Source: a virus
Taxonomy: Duplodnaviria > Caudoviricetes
DNA length: 38,310 nt
Reading direction: 5' to 3' (one strand)
Virus record (IMG/VR): IMGVR_UViG_3300012667_000578
Span: 1-38,310 of that record
A model generated the notes under the pieces. It saw nothing but the letters and a program-made list of their open reading frames with translations. It made no database searches and was not told the DNA's origin. Position numbers and translations under genes: made by a program. Positions 14,459 to 22,880 of the stretch are shown here, piece after piece; positions within the stretch are counted from its first letter, which is position 1; each line of letters begins with the position of its first letter.

Positions 14459-15214
14459 TCACTTCGCTGCAAATTTTTCGAAAGGGTTGCCAGTCTCAAA
14501 GCTGAACGGCAGTGCGGCCGTGATGCCAAAGCGGTTCTTTGAGACGTTTGATGCCACCGGGTGGCAGATGATTTCCCGCTCGCCGGTGCTTATCGCGCGC
14601 TTTTTATCGCCATCGCCGCGCGTGAAGGTTTTAAGGCGGATGAAGCCGACCAAGTCGACGTTATCCGTATAGTGCGGCAAAGACTTCTTGTGCATCCTCA
14701 CCGTATAACGGGCATAGGCATCAAGGTCTGGCAGGTCCAGCGTCTCAGTATCGGCATGGCCGATGAACACCACGTTCATGCCCTTCTCATAGGCCAAAGC
14801 GCCGATCCACTCGCGCACCTGCCGATGCTTTTCTGCGGCCGCAGCGTAGCCAGCCCCATAACCCCCACCGGCCTGATTGATGCTCTTGGCCTTTGGGTCG
14901 GCCGCGACAATCTCGGCCTCAATCATGGTGGCAAGCTGCGTGATGCTGTCCAGCACAACGGTCTTATAACCATGCTCTTGCGTGGCCAGCGCCTCGATCT
15001 GGTCCAGCACTTCTTTGGTGCTGGTTGCCACATCAAAGAGCGCCACATCGTCATTGCCAATCAGGCTCATCGTGCCATCTTCGGTGCGAATGAACACCGG
15101 GTTTGGCATCATCGCGGCGAGCGTGGTCTTGCCCAAACCAGCCTCACCGAAGATCGTCATGATGACCGGCCTATCGCCCTTGGGCTTTGATAGGCTTTTC
15201 AGATCAATTGCCAT
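14459..15214 (-). CDS. sak4: Sak4-like AAA_24 ATPase (single-strand annealing recombinase)
   Basis: Walker A GEAGLGKTT, Walker B TVVLDSIT, plus GGYGAGY and SKNRF. Confidence 0.85.
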   Translation of the reverse strand: MAIDLKSLSKPKGDRPVIMTIFGEAGLGKTTLAAMMPNPVFIRTEDGTMSLIGNDDVALFDVATSTKEVLDQIEALATQEHGYKTVVLDSITQLATMIEAEIVAADPKAKSINQAGGGYGAGYAAAAEKHRQVREWIGALAYEKGMNVVFIGHADTETLDLPDLDAYARYTVRMHKKSLPHYTDNVDLVGFIRLKTFTRGDGDKKRAISTGEREIICHPVASNVSKNRFGITAALPFSFETGNPFEKFAAK

Positions 15215-15215
15215 C

Positions 15216-15593
15216 TCACACCTCCTCCACTTTCACGCCGATCTTGCCCGGCTTGGTTTCAAATGCCGGCGCGATCTTGCGCCAGGTTTTCGCGTCATGC
15301 TCGGCCAACCATTTGCAGCCGGTGGCGTCAGGCTCCAGCTTTACTTTGATTGGAGCCAAATCGGGCGAAACATGCTGCTTCACCTTTTCCCAAGCGGCAG
15401 CATCCAGCTTGCGCGTCACGGGCTGCGTGAGCGTAACCTTGAATCCGTCAATCTTGTGGGTCTTGCTTCCTTCGTCGGGAACATCCAGCGCTTGGGCCAG
15501 TTGTGTCTCGATCTTGATACGGGCCGCATTGGCCGCGTTTTCTGCGCGCTTGGCTTCAAGCCAGTCCCGCGCAAGTGCTTGCACGTTGGTCAT
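15216..15593 (-). CDS. Conserved phage recombination-module protein of unknown function
   Basis: Pattern WLEAKRAE...EGSKT...TRKLD...TKPGK; position upstream of Sak4. Confidence 0.7.
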   Translation of the reverse strand: MTNVQALARDWLEAKRAENAANAARIKIETQLAQALDVPDEGSKTHKIDGFKVTLTQPVTRKLDAAAWEKVKQHVSPDLAPIKVKLEPDATGCKWLAEHDAKTWRKIAPAFETKPGKIGVKVEEV

Positions 15594-15625
15594 TCGAACC
15601 TCTCTTTTTCACTTCCAACACCGAC

Positions 15626-15659
15626 ACACTTGCAGAATGTTTCAGCATGTGCAAGATGT
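15626..15659. promoter_or_regulatory. Inverted repeat in a divergent promoter region (operator or overlapping promoters)
   Basis: ACACTTGCA...TGCAAGATGT lies between the divergent recombination and replication genes. Confidence 0.45.
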
Positions 15660-15689
15660 TTTTTATGATTTCAAAAAAAGAGGCCAAAA

Positions 15690-15866
15690 ATGCTAGAACT
15701 GCACAAGATACAGGACATGCTTAAGGATCGGCGACTAACTGTTGTGGCCGAGCGATGCGGGCTGTCCTATCCGACCGTCAAGCACGTCGCCGATGGCGGA
15801 AAAAACGTGACGCTGGCAACGCTGACCAAGCTGTCAGACTACCTGAAAGGCGAAAGCAATGAGTGA
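15690..15866 (+). CDS. Cro-like HTH protein (58 aa), not in the ORF track
   Basis: Translation MLELHKIQDMLKDRRLTVVAERCGLSYPTVKHVADGGKNVTLATLTKLSDYLKGESNE; overlaps the primase start. Confidence 0.75.
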   Translation: MLELHKIQDMLKDRRLTVVAERCGLSYPTVKHVADGGKNVTLATLTKLSDYLKGESNE

Positions 15867-18159
15867 CGCAGCATCATTTGCGCGGCGCTACACATCGGAG
15901 CTTGGGTGGTTTCTTGTTGCCATGCCGGCCGGAACAAAGGGGCCGACATCTTTTGGCTGGCAGCAACCAGAGCGCGCCATCTCTGACCCAGAAAATGCCG
16001 AGGCATATTTCACCGCCAACCCATCGCACAACATGGGCCTGTTGCACGGGCCTTCTGGCACCTGCGCCCTTGATGTGGACAATGTGGCCCACACCCGCCT
16101 GATCTTTGAGGCCCTCGGCATTGATTATGATGCAATCATTGCATCCGCGCCAAAAATCGTCGGCCGTCCTGACCGCGGCAAGGTGCTTTTCCGCGCGCCA
16201 GAGGGGCTGAAAACTCACAAGATCAGTTGGCCGGTGCAGGGCGACCCCCGCAAAACCGAGGTGGTGTTTGAATTGCGCGCTGGCGCTGTTCAGGACGTTC
16301 TGCCGCCGTCGATCCATCCCGACACAGGCAATCCATACACTTGGGCCGGGCCGAGCGTCTTTGATGGTCTGCCCGAGATCCCCGCGCCGCTGCTCCTCCT
16401 TTGGACCGAGTGGGACCGCTTCCGGCCGCAGCTTCAGCAGATCTGCCCTTGGGCGCCCGTCAAAGAGTTTCAGCCGCCACGCAAACCACGCGCGCCGAGC
16501 GAGCGCACCAGCGTCATAGATGCCTTCAATGATGCCCACGACATGCACGAGCTTCTTGTGCGCTATGGATACCGACCAACCGCGCGCAGTCGCTATCTAT
16601 CGCCGAACAGCAAGAGCGGTCTTGCCGGGGTGGTCTTGTTTGATGACGGCCGGGCCTACAGCCATCACGCATCCGATCCTTTCGACAGCGCCCACACCTT
16701 TGACGCCTTTGAACTTTGGTCGTATTACGAGCATGGCGGGGACATTACCAAGGCCGTCAAGGATGCGGCCGATTTTCTAAACGTCTCTTCCGACCCGGTG
16801 CATGATTACGAGCCTGAAAAGATCGAGCATGGCCGCAAGGTGGCTGCCCAGATCCTGGCCAAGCCAAAAGAAGCATCCGGGCCGCTGTCAGACATCCCTG
16901 AGCATCTGCTTGGCGTTCCCGGCGTGCTGCAAGAGGCCGTCCATTATTACAACACGACTGCCCCAAAGGAGCAGCCGCAGTTTGCCGTTCAGGCGGCTCT
17001 GGCCTTTGGTTCCGTTGTCATGGGCCGCCGCTGGGTCACTGACCAGTCCAATATGTCCGGCCTTTACTTCGTCAACGTCGGCAAGTCGGCCGCTGGAAAG
17101 GAACATGCCAAGACGGTTTTGGAGCGACTGCTTGAAGCCGCCAAGCTGGAACACCTGATTGGCCCAAGCGGATACACCAGCGCCAGCGGCGTCTTTTCCG
17201 CCCTTGTCTCGCAGCCAACGCATCTGAGCATCATTGACGAACTTGGCCGCGTCCTCCAAACAGCCCAAGCCGCAGGCAACCACCACAAGACAGACGCCCA
17301 GACCATCCTGATGGAAGTGTTCGGCCGGCAGACCAGCACGCTCCGCCCGCAAGGCTATTCCAAGATGGGCATCACCGAAAAGCAGGCCAAGGAGTTGGAC
17401 AAGGTGGTGCGCTGCCCCAGCCTGACCCTGATGAGCATGACCACGCCCAGCACGCTCTATGACAACCTCTCAAGCCGATACGTCACCGACGGCTTCTTGG
17501 GCCGGTTCGTGATCGTGGAAAGCTACATCGGCCGCCAGCCCTCGCGCATGGTCCGCAGCGTTGATCCTGGCGAGAAGCTTTGCGAATGGGCGCAAGAGTG
17601 CGCCGCCGCATCGGATGGAAACTTTGGGCCGGGCGAGACATTCGACATCGCACCCGCGCCGATCACCATTCCATTCGCGCCGGAGTGCCACGACCTTCTG
17701 CGCGCCTGCGACATCGATCTGCTTCGCAAGATGGACGAGCATGAGCGGTATGGGCTTGAGGCGATGTTTGGCCGCACAAAGGAGATCGCCCAGCGCATCG
17801 CCTTGATCGTCGCCAGATCCCGCCGCGAAGAGCAGATCAGCGCCACAAGCCTTCAGTGGGCCATAGACTACGCGACCTTCTATTCTGGCCGTGCGGTGGC
17901 CGCGCTTCGCAGGTCGCTCGCTGACGGGCCGTTTGAGGCAGCGTGCAAGGCCGTCTATTCCAAGATCGAGGCGGCAGGCCTTCGCGGCTGCACAGCCAGC
18001 GAGCTTTCAGAAAATGTCCGGGCCTTTGCAAACCTTGAGCCGCGCAAGCGGCAGGAGGTTCTGGACGCGCTGGTGCAAGACAAAGGCATCGCTTGCCGCA
18101 ATGTGAATGAGGGACAGAAGGGCAGGCCGAGGATGGCTTGGTTTGTGCCGGGGGAATAA
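15859..18159 (+). CDS. Bifunctional primase-polymerase (Prim-Pol) fused to a DUF3987-like helicase/ATPase
   Basis: N-terminal motifs KGP...WQ, NMGL, ALDVD and VLPPSIHPDTG. C-terminal motifs GKSAAGKE, IIDELG and DGFLGRF. Confidence 0.85.
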   Translation: MSDAASFARRYTSELGWFLVAMPAGTKGPTSFGWQQPERAISDPENAEAYFTANPSHNMGLLHGPSGTCALDVDNVAHTRLIFEALGIDYDAIIASAPKIVGRPDRGKVLFRAPEGLKTHKISWPVQGDPRKTEVVFELRAGAVQDVLPPSIHPDTGNPYTWAGPSVFDGLPEIPAPLLLLWTEWDRFRPQLQQICPWAPVKEFQPPRKPRAPSERTSVIDAFNDAHDMHELLVRYGYRPTARSRYLSPNSKSGLAGVVLFDDGRAYSHHASDPFDSAHTFDAFELWSYYEHGGDITKAVKDAADFLNVSSDPVHDYEPEKIEHGRKVAAQILAKPKEASGPLSDIPEHLLGVPGVLQEAVHYYNTTAPKEQPQFAVQAALAFGSVVMGRRWVTDQSNMSGLYFVNVGKSAAGKEHAKTVLERLLEAAKLEHLIGPSGYTSASGVFSALVSQPTHLSIIDELGRVLQTAQAAGNHHKTDAQTILMEVFGRQTSTLRPQGYSKMGITEKQAKELDKVVRCPSLTLMSMTTPSTLYDNLSSRYVTDGFLGRFVIVESYIGRQPSRMVRSVDPGEKLCEWAQECAAASDGNFGPGETFDIAPAPITIPFAPECHDLLRACDIDLLRKMDEHERYGLEAMFGRTKEIAQRIALIVARSRREEQISATSLQWAIDYATFYSGRAVAALRRSLADGPFEAACKAVYSKIEAAGLRGCTASELSENVRAFANLEPRKRQEVLDALVQDKGIACRNVNEGQKGRPRMAWFVPGE

Positions 18160-18186
18160 AAAGGGGGCCAATGGCCCCCTATTTTT
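18158..18186. terminator. Bidirectional intrinsic terminator
   Basis: AAAA-GGGGGCC-AAT-GGCCCCC-TATTTTT between convergent genes. Confidence 0.75.
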
Positions 18187-18727
18187 GTTCCATCAATGCG
18201 CGGAGCTTTTGAGTTGTCGCGCGCGATGGTGTCGCAACCCCGCGAAGCCAATCATAGACAGACTTGCTTGCGTTCTTGGTGCTTGCACCAAGCGCCCGGC
18301 CAAGCTGCGCCGGGGTCATGTCCAGATCAGCCATGATCGCGTTTATCTCGTCAATTGTTGCCCTCGGCGGCAGGTCTTTTTTAGCCTCCTTCGGCAGTTG
18401 TGGCGCGGGCGGGATGATGACAATCCTGCCGTCATATAGCTCATAAACATGCAGCCCACCGATGTAGTTTAGCGTCTGATCAATTGCAGCCATAACGCTG
18501 GATGCCGGCCACTCTGCGGCAAGTGCCGCGCAGATGGCAGAATGCTCTATTCCGAAAACTTGGTCAGCCTCCAAGATTACATCTGCCACCGCGCGGAGAA
18601 GATCATGGGCGGCCAGAGTCCCCAAGCCTGTTTTGGCCAAGAAGTCTGGCCATTCCAGTGGCTCAGGCCGATCTAGGCGTGTCGCTGGGACTTGGATGAA
18701 GGCGCGCATGGCTATTTCCTCGGACAT
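18179..18727 (-). CDS. Protein with a C-terminal XRE-type HTH
   Basis: C-terminal segment IMADLDMTPAQLGRALG...SVYDWLRGVATPS. Confidence 0.65.
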   Translation of the reverse strand: MSEEIAMRAFIQVPATRLDRPEPLEWPDFLAKTGLGTLAAHDLLRAVADVILEADQVFGIEHSAICAALAAEWPASSVMAAIDQTLNYIGGLHVYELYDGRIVIIPPAPQLPKEAKKDLPPRATIDEINAIMADLDMTPAQLGRALGASTKNASKSVYDWLRGVATPSRATTQKLRALMEQK

Positions 18728-19035
18728 TTAGGGTCAAATTTCTCGGGACAAAAATAAAAGCAATTGAATCAAATGGTTATGGCCAGAAATCTCGCCACAT
18801 TTGATTTTTGCCATTATTTTCCCCGCGATTAAAGATAACACCATAGAAAGTAGGACACAAGGGGAAGGTCCTACTTTATACAAGAAAAGAAAGAACTGGT
18901 GGGGGAAGAAGTGTATATATATACCCCCCATCCCCCCCCCCTTTACTATTCTCCTAAGAAAACAAGAGGTTAGTGATTGCTATTTCTTCGGACAGGCATT
19001 GTCCGCATAAATGGGAGAAAAGGAAATTAAATCAT
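18711..19035. other. AT-rich non-coding region, putative replication origin
   Basis: Direct repeats GCTATTTCYTCGGACA at 18711 and 18979. IHF-consensus AATCAAATGGTTA at 18767. Palindrome GTATATATATAC at 18913-18924 between G and C runs. Confidence 0.55.
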
Positions 19036-19038
19036 TCC

Positions 19039-19131
19039 TTCCCCAAGCGCGGCTGATGATGTAAAAGAAACGGGCCGGGAGGTCTGCAAACCTCAACCGG
19101 CCCAAGCATCAGCGAGGGAGGATCGCCAATG
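19039..19131 (+). promoter_or_regulatory. Promoter + hairpin + SD leader, paralogous to 5198-5287
   Basis: TTCCCC-N17-TAAAAG-N4-GGGCCGGGAGGTCTGCAAACCTCAACCGGCCC-AAGCATCAGCGAGGGAGGATCGCCA-ATG. Confidence 0.6.
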
Positions 19132-19389
19132 ACTGACACCAGAAATACCACGCCGCCAGACGTGCGGCAACCGGCCACCATCTACATCACAGGCGAAACC
19201 AAGCCCGACGCCTTTGAGCGCGCACTTGGCGAGGCTGAGGAGGGCGACCGCATCGTCTACCACATCGGCCAGCATTGCGGTGGGCTGCATCGCTTTGCCG
19301 CCGCACGCGCCGAAACCGAAAAGCGGTGCTTCCTGTTTTGTAAGCGCGAGTATGGATCAACCTTTGCTTATCTGGCGGTGAAGAGATGA
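19129..19389 (+). CDS. Hypothetical protein
   Basis: 86 aa with a GGAGG SD; contains GDRIVYHIG...YLAVKR. Confidence 0.7.
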   Translation: MTDTRNTTPPDVRQPATIYITGETKPDAFERALGEAEEGDRIVYHIGQHCGGLHRFAAARAETEKRCFLFCKREYGSTFAYLAVKR

Positions 19390-19631
19390 CCAGCCCTCAT
19401 CATCCCAACGGCTCACAGCCCCGCCCCATCGGAAAATATGGATCGGTGAGCGAAGCAGCCCGCAAGCTGAACATCACGCGCCAGGAAGCAAAGCGCATCC
19501 TCGATCCGTCGCGCTTTCAATCCGAGCCGCAAAGGCGTATAATGCGCGATAGACAATCTGCACCGGGAAGCGACAGAGCGAGGACGAAATGCCAGCAGGC
19601 AGGCCAACAATCTACGGCGACAACATCCTGA
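19386..19631 (+). CDS. Small HTH-like protein
   Basis: Contains KYGSVSEAARKLNITRQ and has an ATGA overlap. Its C-terminus overlaps a promoter and terS. Confidence 0.5.
   Translation: MTSPHHPNGSQPRPIGKYGSVSEAARKLNITRQEAKRILDPSRFQSEPQRRIMRDRQSAPGSDRARTKCQQAGQQSTATTS
19515..19543 (+). promoter_or_regulatory. Sigma70-type promoter upstream of the terminase genes
   Basis: TTTCAA-N17-TATAAT. Confidence 0.6.
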
Positions 19632-19984
19632 AAATGGCGCGCGGATACCTCACATCATTCAAGGATATGGGCGACGTTGTTCCATCCATCGCTGGCCTTG
19701 CTTGCGTCCTCGGGGTCACGCGTGAGACATGCCGAGCATGGAGAAATGACCCAAGCAAAGCAGAATTTTCTGCCATCTTAGAGGAATTGGCCCAACGCCA
19801 AGAAAGAGAATTGCTAAATAATGGTCTTGCTGGCAACTTTAATGCGCCGATAACCAAGATGATGCTGACCAAGCACGGCTACTCCGACAAGGTGGAGCAA
19901 GATCACACCTCCTCCGACGGCAGCATGACGCCGCATGTGATCGAACGCGTTATCGTGCAGGCAAAGCCTGATGGCCAAGAATAG
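19589..19984 (+). CDS. terS: Terminase small subunit (P22 gp3-like)
   Basis: Motifs GRPT, PSIAGLA..LGVTRET and GNFNAPITKMMLTKHGYSDK; directly precedes terL. Confidence 0.85.
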   Translation: MPAGRPTIYGDNILKMARGYLTSFKDMGDVVPSIAGLACVLGVTRETCRAWRNDPSKAEFSAILEELAQRQERELLNNGLAGNFNAPITKMMLTKHGYSDKVEQDHTSSDGSMTPHVIERVIVQAKPDGQE

Positions 19985-21269
19985 GCTGCAAATCCCAACG
20001 GCGGCCGCGTTCATGCCGCTGTTGAACCCATCACGCTACAAGGGCGCGTGGGGAGGCCGTGGAAGCGGCAAGTCGCGCTTTTTCGCAGGGCTGCTGGTCG
20101 AGGAACACTTGCGCTTCCAAGGCCACCGCAGCGTATGTATCCGCGAGGTGCAGAAGTCGCTCAAGCAATCCGCCAAGAAGCTGATCGAGGACACGCTGCA
20201 AGCCTATAACCTTGGCGAAGCCCAAGGCTTCAAGGTTTTCCGCGAGGTGATCGAGACGCCGTGCGACGGCCTTATCATCTTCCAAGGGATGCAAGACCAC
20301 ACCGCCGACAGCGTGAAATCGCTGGAAGGCTTCGACCGGGCTTGGGTCGAAGAAGCGCAGAGCCTGTCCGACAGATCGCTGTCTCTCCTGCGACCGACCA
20401 TCCGCGCCGAGAACTCTGAACTTTGGTTTAGCTGGAACCCATCGCGCCCGACCGATCCCATTGACCAGCTTCTGCGCGGTGCAGTCACGCCGTCTGGCGC
20501 TGCCGTCGTGCGCGCCAATTGGTCTGATAACCCGTGGTTCCCGGCTGTCCTTGAGCAAGAGCGCATGGATTGCCTCGTCAACCAGCCAGAGCGATACGGC
20601 CACATCTGGGAGGGCGAGTATTCAACCGTCCTTGAGGGTGCATACTATGCCCGCCACCTGACGGACGCCCAGCTTCAAGGCCGCATTGGCTTTGTGCCGC
20701 GCGACCCTCTGATGAAGATCTACGCCTTCTGGGACATCGGCGGCACATCGTCAAAGTCTGACGCCACATCAATCTGGATCGCTCAGTTCGTCGGCGCCGA
20801 GGTTCGCGTGCTGGACTATTACGAGGCCGTGGGCCAGCCCTTTGAGGCGCACGTCAACTGGCTGCGCGCCAATGGCTATGAGGACTGCATCTGCGTGCTG
20901 CCGCATGACGGCCGCAAGCACGATCAGGTCTACGCCGTAACGCCGATGGGCTACCTGGGCGAGGCTGGCTTTGCGGTCGAGATTGTGAAGAACCAGGGCG
21001 CTGGCGCTGCATTGCAGCGTATCGATGCTGCACGTCGCCTATTCCCGGCAATGCGGTTCAATGAGACAACAACGCAAGGCGGGCGGGATGCCTTGGGATG
21101 GTATCACGAAAAGCGGGACGAAACACGCGGCATCGGGCTTGGGCCTGAGCATGACTTTGCATCACACGGAGCCGACGCGTTTGGTCTGATTGCGGTGTTC
21201 AAGGCCGGCATGGCTTCGCAGGACGACTGGGGCCAACCTTTGCGGCGTGGGCTAAAGGGCGTCCTTTAA
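19971..21269 (+). CDS. terL: Terminase large subunit (PBSX/Terminase_3-like)
   Basis: Motifs GGRGSGKS, WVEEAQ, SWNP, nuclease WDIG and SHGADAF. Confidence 0.95.
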   Translation: MAKNRLQIPTAAAFMPLLNPSRYKGAWGGRGSGKSRFFAGLLVEEHLRFQGHRSVCIREVQKSLKQSAKKLIEDTLQAYNLGEAQGFKVFREVIETPCDGLIIFQGMQDHTADSVKSLEGFDRAWVEEAQSLSDRSLSLLRPTIRAENSELWFSWNPSRPTDPIDQLLRGAVTPSGAAVVRANWSDNPWFPAVLEQERMDCLVNQPERYGHIWEGEYSTVLEGAYYARHLTDAQLQGRIGFVPRDPLMKIYAFWDIGGTSSKSDATSIWIAQFVGAEVRVLDYYEAVGQPFEAHVNWLRANGYEDCICVLPHDGRKHDQVYAVTPMGYLGEAGFAVEIVKNQGAGAALQRIDAARRLFPAMRFNETTTQGGRDALGWYHEKRDETRGIGLGPEHDFASHGADAFGLIAVFKAGMASQDDWGQPLRRGLKGVL

Positions 21270-21283
21270 GCATCCACCAGTCA

Positions 21284-21312
21284 TTTGCCCGCGATGCAAA
21301 ATGTGCTAGGGT
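21284..21312 (+). promoter_or_regulatory. Putative promoter for the structural operon
   Basis: TTGCCC-N16-TAGGGT with an extended TG, followed by an AGGAGG SD. Confidence 0.45.
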
Positions 21313-21337
21313 GCATCAACCCTCAGGAGGATTTCCC

Positions 21338-21514
21338 ATGAAAAAACCCAGCAAAGCAGACGCAAAAGTTGCTAAGGTGATGGGGGAATACAAGCGCGGG
21401 ACGCTTCACGGCGGCGCAGATCCGGCTGGCCCGAAGAAAGCGCCCGTCGTCAAGTCTCGCAAGCAGGCCATCGCAATCGCTCTCAGCCAAGCAGGAAAGG
21501 CGAAGAAGAAATGA
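21338..21514 (+). CDS. Small basic protein, DUF6496-like
   Basis: Contains KVAKVMGEYKRGTLH...VKSRKQAIAIALSQAG. Confidence 0.75.
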   Translation: MKKPSKADAKVAKVMGEYKRGTLHGGADPAGPKKAPVVKSRKQAIAIALSQAGKAKKK

Positions 21515-21606
21515 AAAAGCCAGTCAAATTCACCCCGTGCAAGGGCTGCCCGAACCCCGCCAAGTGCAAGGCTATGGGCAAGTGCATGATGAAGGGCAAG
21601 AAGTAA
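21511..21606 (+). CDS. 31-aa Lys/Cys microprotein MKKPVKFTPCKGCPNPAKCKAMGKCMMKGKK
   Basis: ATGA and TAATG overlaps at its ends; 4 Cys. Confidence 0.65.
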   Translation: MKKPVKFTPCKGCPNPAKCKAMGKCMMKGKK

Positions 21607-21752
21607 TGCCCGGCGGTCTCTATGCAAACATTGCAAAAAAGCGTGAGCGCATCAAAGCCGGATCGGGCGAAAAGATGCGGAAGCCCGGCGCCAAGGGCGC
21701 GCCGACTGCGGCCGCATTCAAGGCTGCGGCAAAGACGGCCAAGAAAAAATGA
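21606..21752 (+). CDS. 48-aa basic protein (GLYANI.KKR.RIKAGSGEKMRK type)
   Basis: TAATG coupling; Lys/Ala rich. Confidence 0.7.
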   Translation: MPGGLYANIAKKRERIKAGSGEKMRKPGAKGAPTAAAFKAAAKTAKKK

Positions 21753-22051
21753 AGACCCCCGCTTGGACTAGGGCTGAAGGCAAGTCAAAATCCGGCGGGC
21801 TGAACGCCAAAGGCCGCGCGTCTGCCAAGGCCGAGGGCATGAACCTGAAAGCCCCGGTCAAGGCGGGCGACAACCCGCGCCGGGCGTCTTTCTTGGCAAG
21901 AATGGGCGGGATGCCTGGCCCAGAGCGCGATGACAATGGAAAACCCACGCGGCTTCTGTTATCACTGAACGCATGGGGCGCATCCAGCAAGGCGGACGCC
22001 AAGGCAAAGGCCAAGGCCATTTCGGCCCGCAATGAGGCGAAGAAGAAATGA
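21749..22051 (+). CDS. Small basic protein, DUF6321-like
   Basis: Motifs AWTRAEGK...GGLNAKGRAS, RRASFLARM and PTRL..SL.AW. Confidence 0.75.
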   Translation: MKTPAWTRAEGKSKSGGLNAKGRASAKAEGMNLKAPVKAGDNPRRASFLARMGGMPGPERDDNGKPTRLLLSLNAWGASSKADAKAKAKAISARNEAKKK

Positions 22052-22272
22052 TTTCAGTCGCAAAGCTGCAAAAACCAATCTGCCAAGAAACCGTTGATAT
22101 TCTCAGCGAGTGCTTAGAAATGGCAAAGCGTGGTGAGTTTTGTGACGTGGTGGTGGTTGGCAATGTCAATGACAACGACGGGCCAGGCTTCTATCGCGCT
22201 TCAAAGTTTGAAGATCGGTGGCGGCTCTTGGGCGCTCTGGAATACGCCAAGGATGGAGTTAATCGGGCATGA
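22048..22272 (+). CDS. Hypothetical protein (lower GC)
   Basis: 74 aa, ATGA-coupled on both sides. Confidence 0.6.
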   Translation: MISVAKLQKPICQETVDILSECLEMAKRGEFCDVVVVGNVNDNDGPGFYRASKFEDRWRLLGALEYAKDGVNRA

Positions 22273-22880
22273 CCATCACCAACTTCGGCACGCTGAAGAC
22301 AGCCATCGCAGACACTTTAAACCGGGACGATCTTGCGTCTGCGGTTCCGACGTTTGTCAAGCTGGCCGAGGCGCAGTTCAACCGCAAGATCCGCTCGCAT
22401 CGCCAGATCACGCGGGGCAGCCTGACGCTGGACAACCGCATCGAGGCGCTGCCAGCTGACTGGCAAGAGACCATCCGCATCACGTCGGACGCAGGCCCAG
22501 TGGTCGCGCTGACCCAGATCAGCCTTGACGACATCACGCGGTTCCGCACCTCGCGCGATGACACGGCAGGCTCGCCGATCTACTTCGCGCACACCGGGAC
22601 TGACATTGAGCTATTCCCAACGCCGGGCGAGGCTTACACGGCCGAAATCACCTACTACGCCAAGATCACCTCGCTCGCCGCTGACGGTGACACCAATTGG
22701 CTTCTGACCAATCACCCGGACGCCTACCTTTACGGGTCGCTGGTGCATTCGGCGCCGTATCTGAAGGACGACGCCCGGCTTGTCGTTTGGGCTGGCCTCT
22801 TGGCGCAGGCCATGAATGAGATTGAAGAAGAAAGCACGGCCGCCCGCTTTGGCTCGCCGCTCCGCATGAGGATGAGATAA
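22269..22880 (+). CDS. Head-tail adaptor protein (podoviral)
   Basis: Pattern LKTAIAD.LNRDDL...FVKLAEA...TNWLLTNHPDAYLYGSL. Confidence 0.75.
   Translation: MTITNFGTLKTAIADTLNRDDLASAVPTFVKLAEAQFNRKIRSHRQITRGSLTLDNRIEALPADWQETIRITSDAGPVVALTQISLDDITRFRTSRDDTAGSPIYFAHTGTDIELFPTPGEAYTAEITYYAKITSLAADGDTNWLLTNHPDAYLYGSLVHSAPYLKDDARLVVWAGLLAQAMNEIEEESTAARFGSPLRMRMR

Noticed and set aside
18734-19010. Short ORFs on both strands in the AT-rich island
   Set aside because: Low-complexity translation and atypical composition; better explained as non-coding cis elements.
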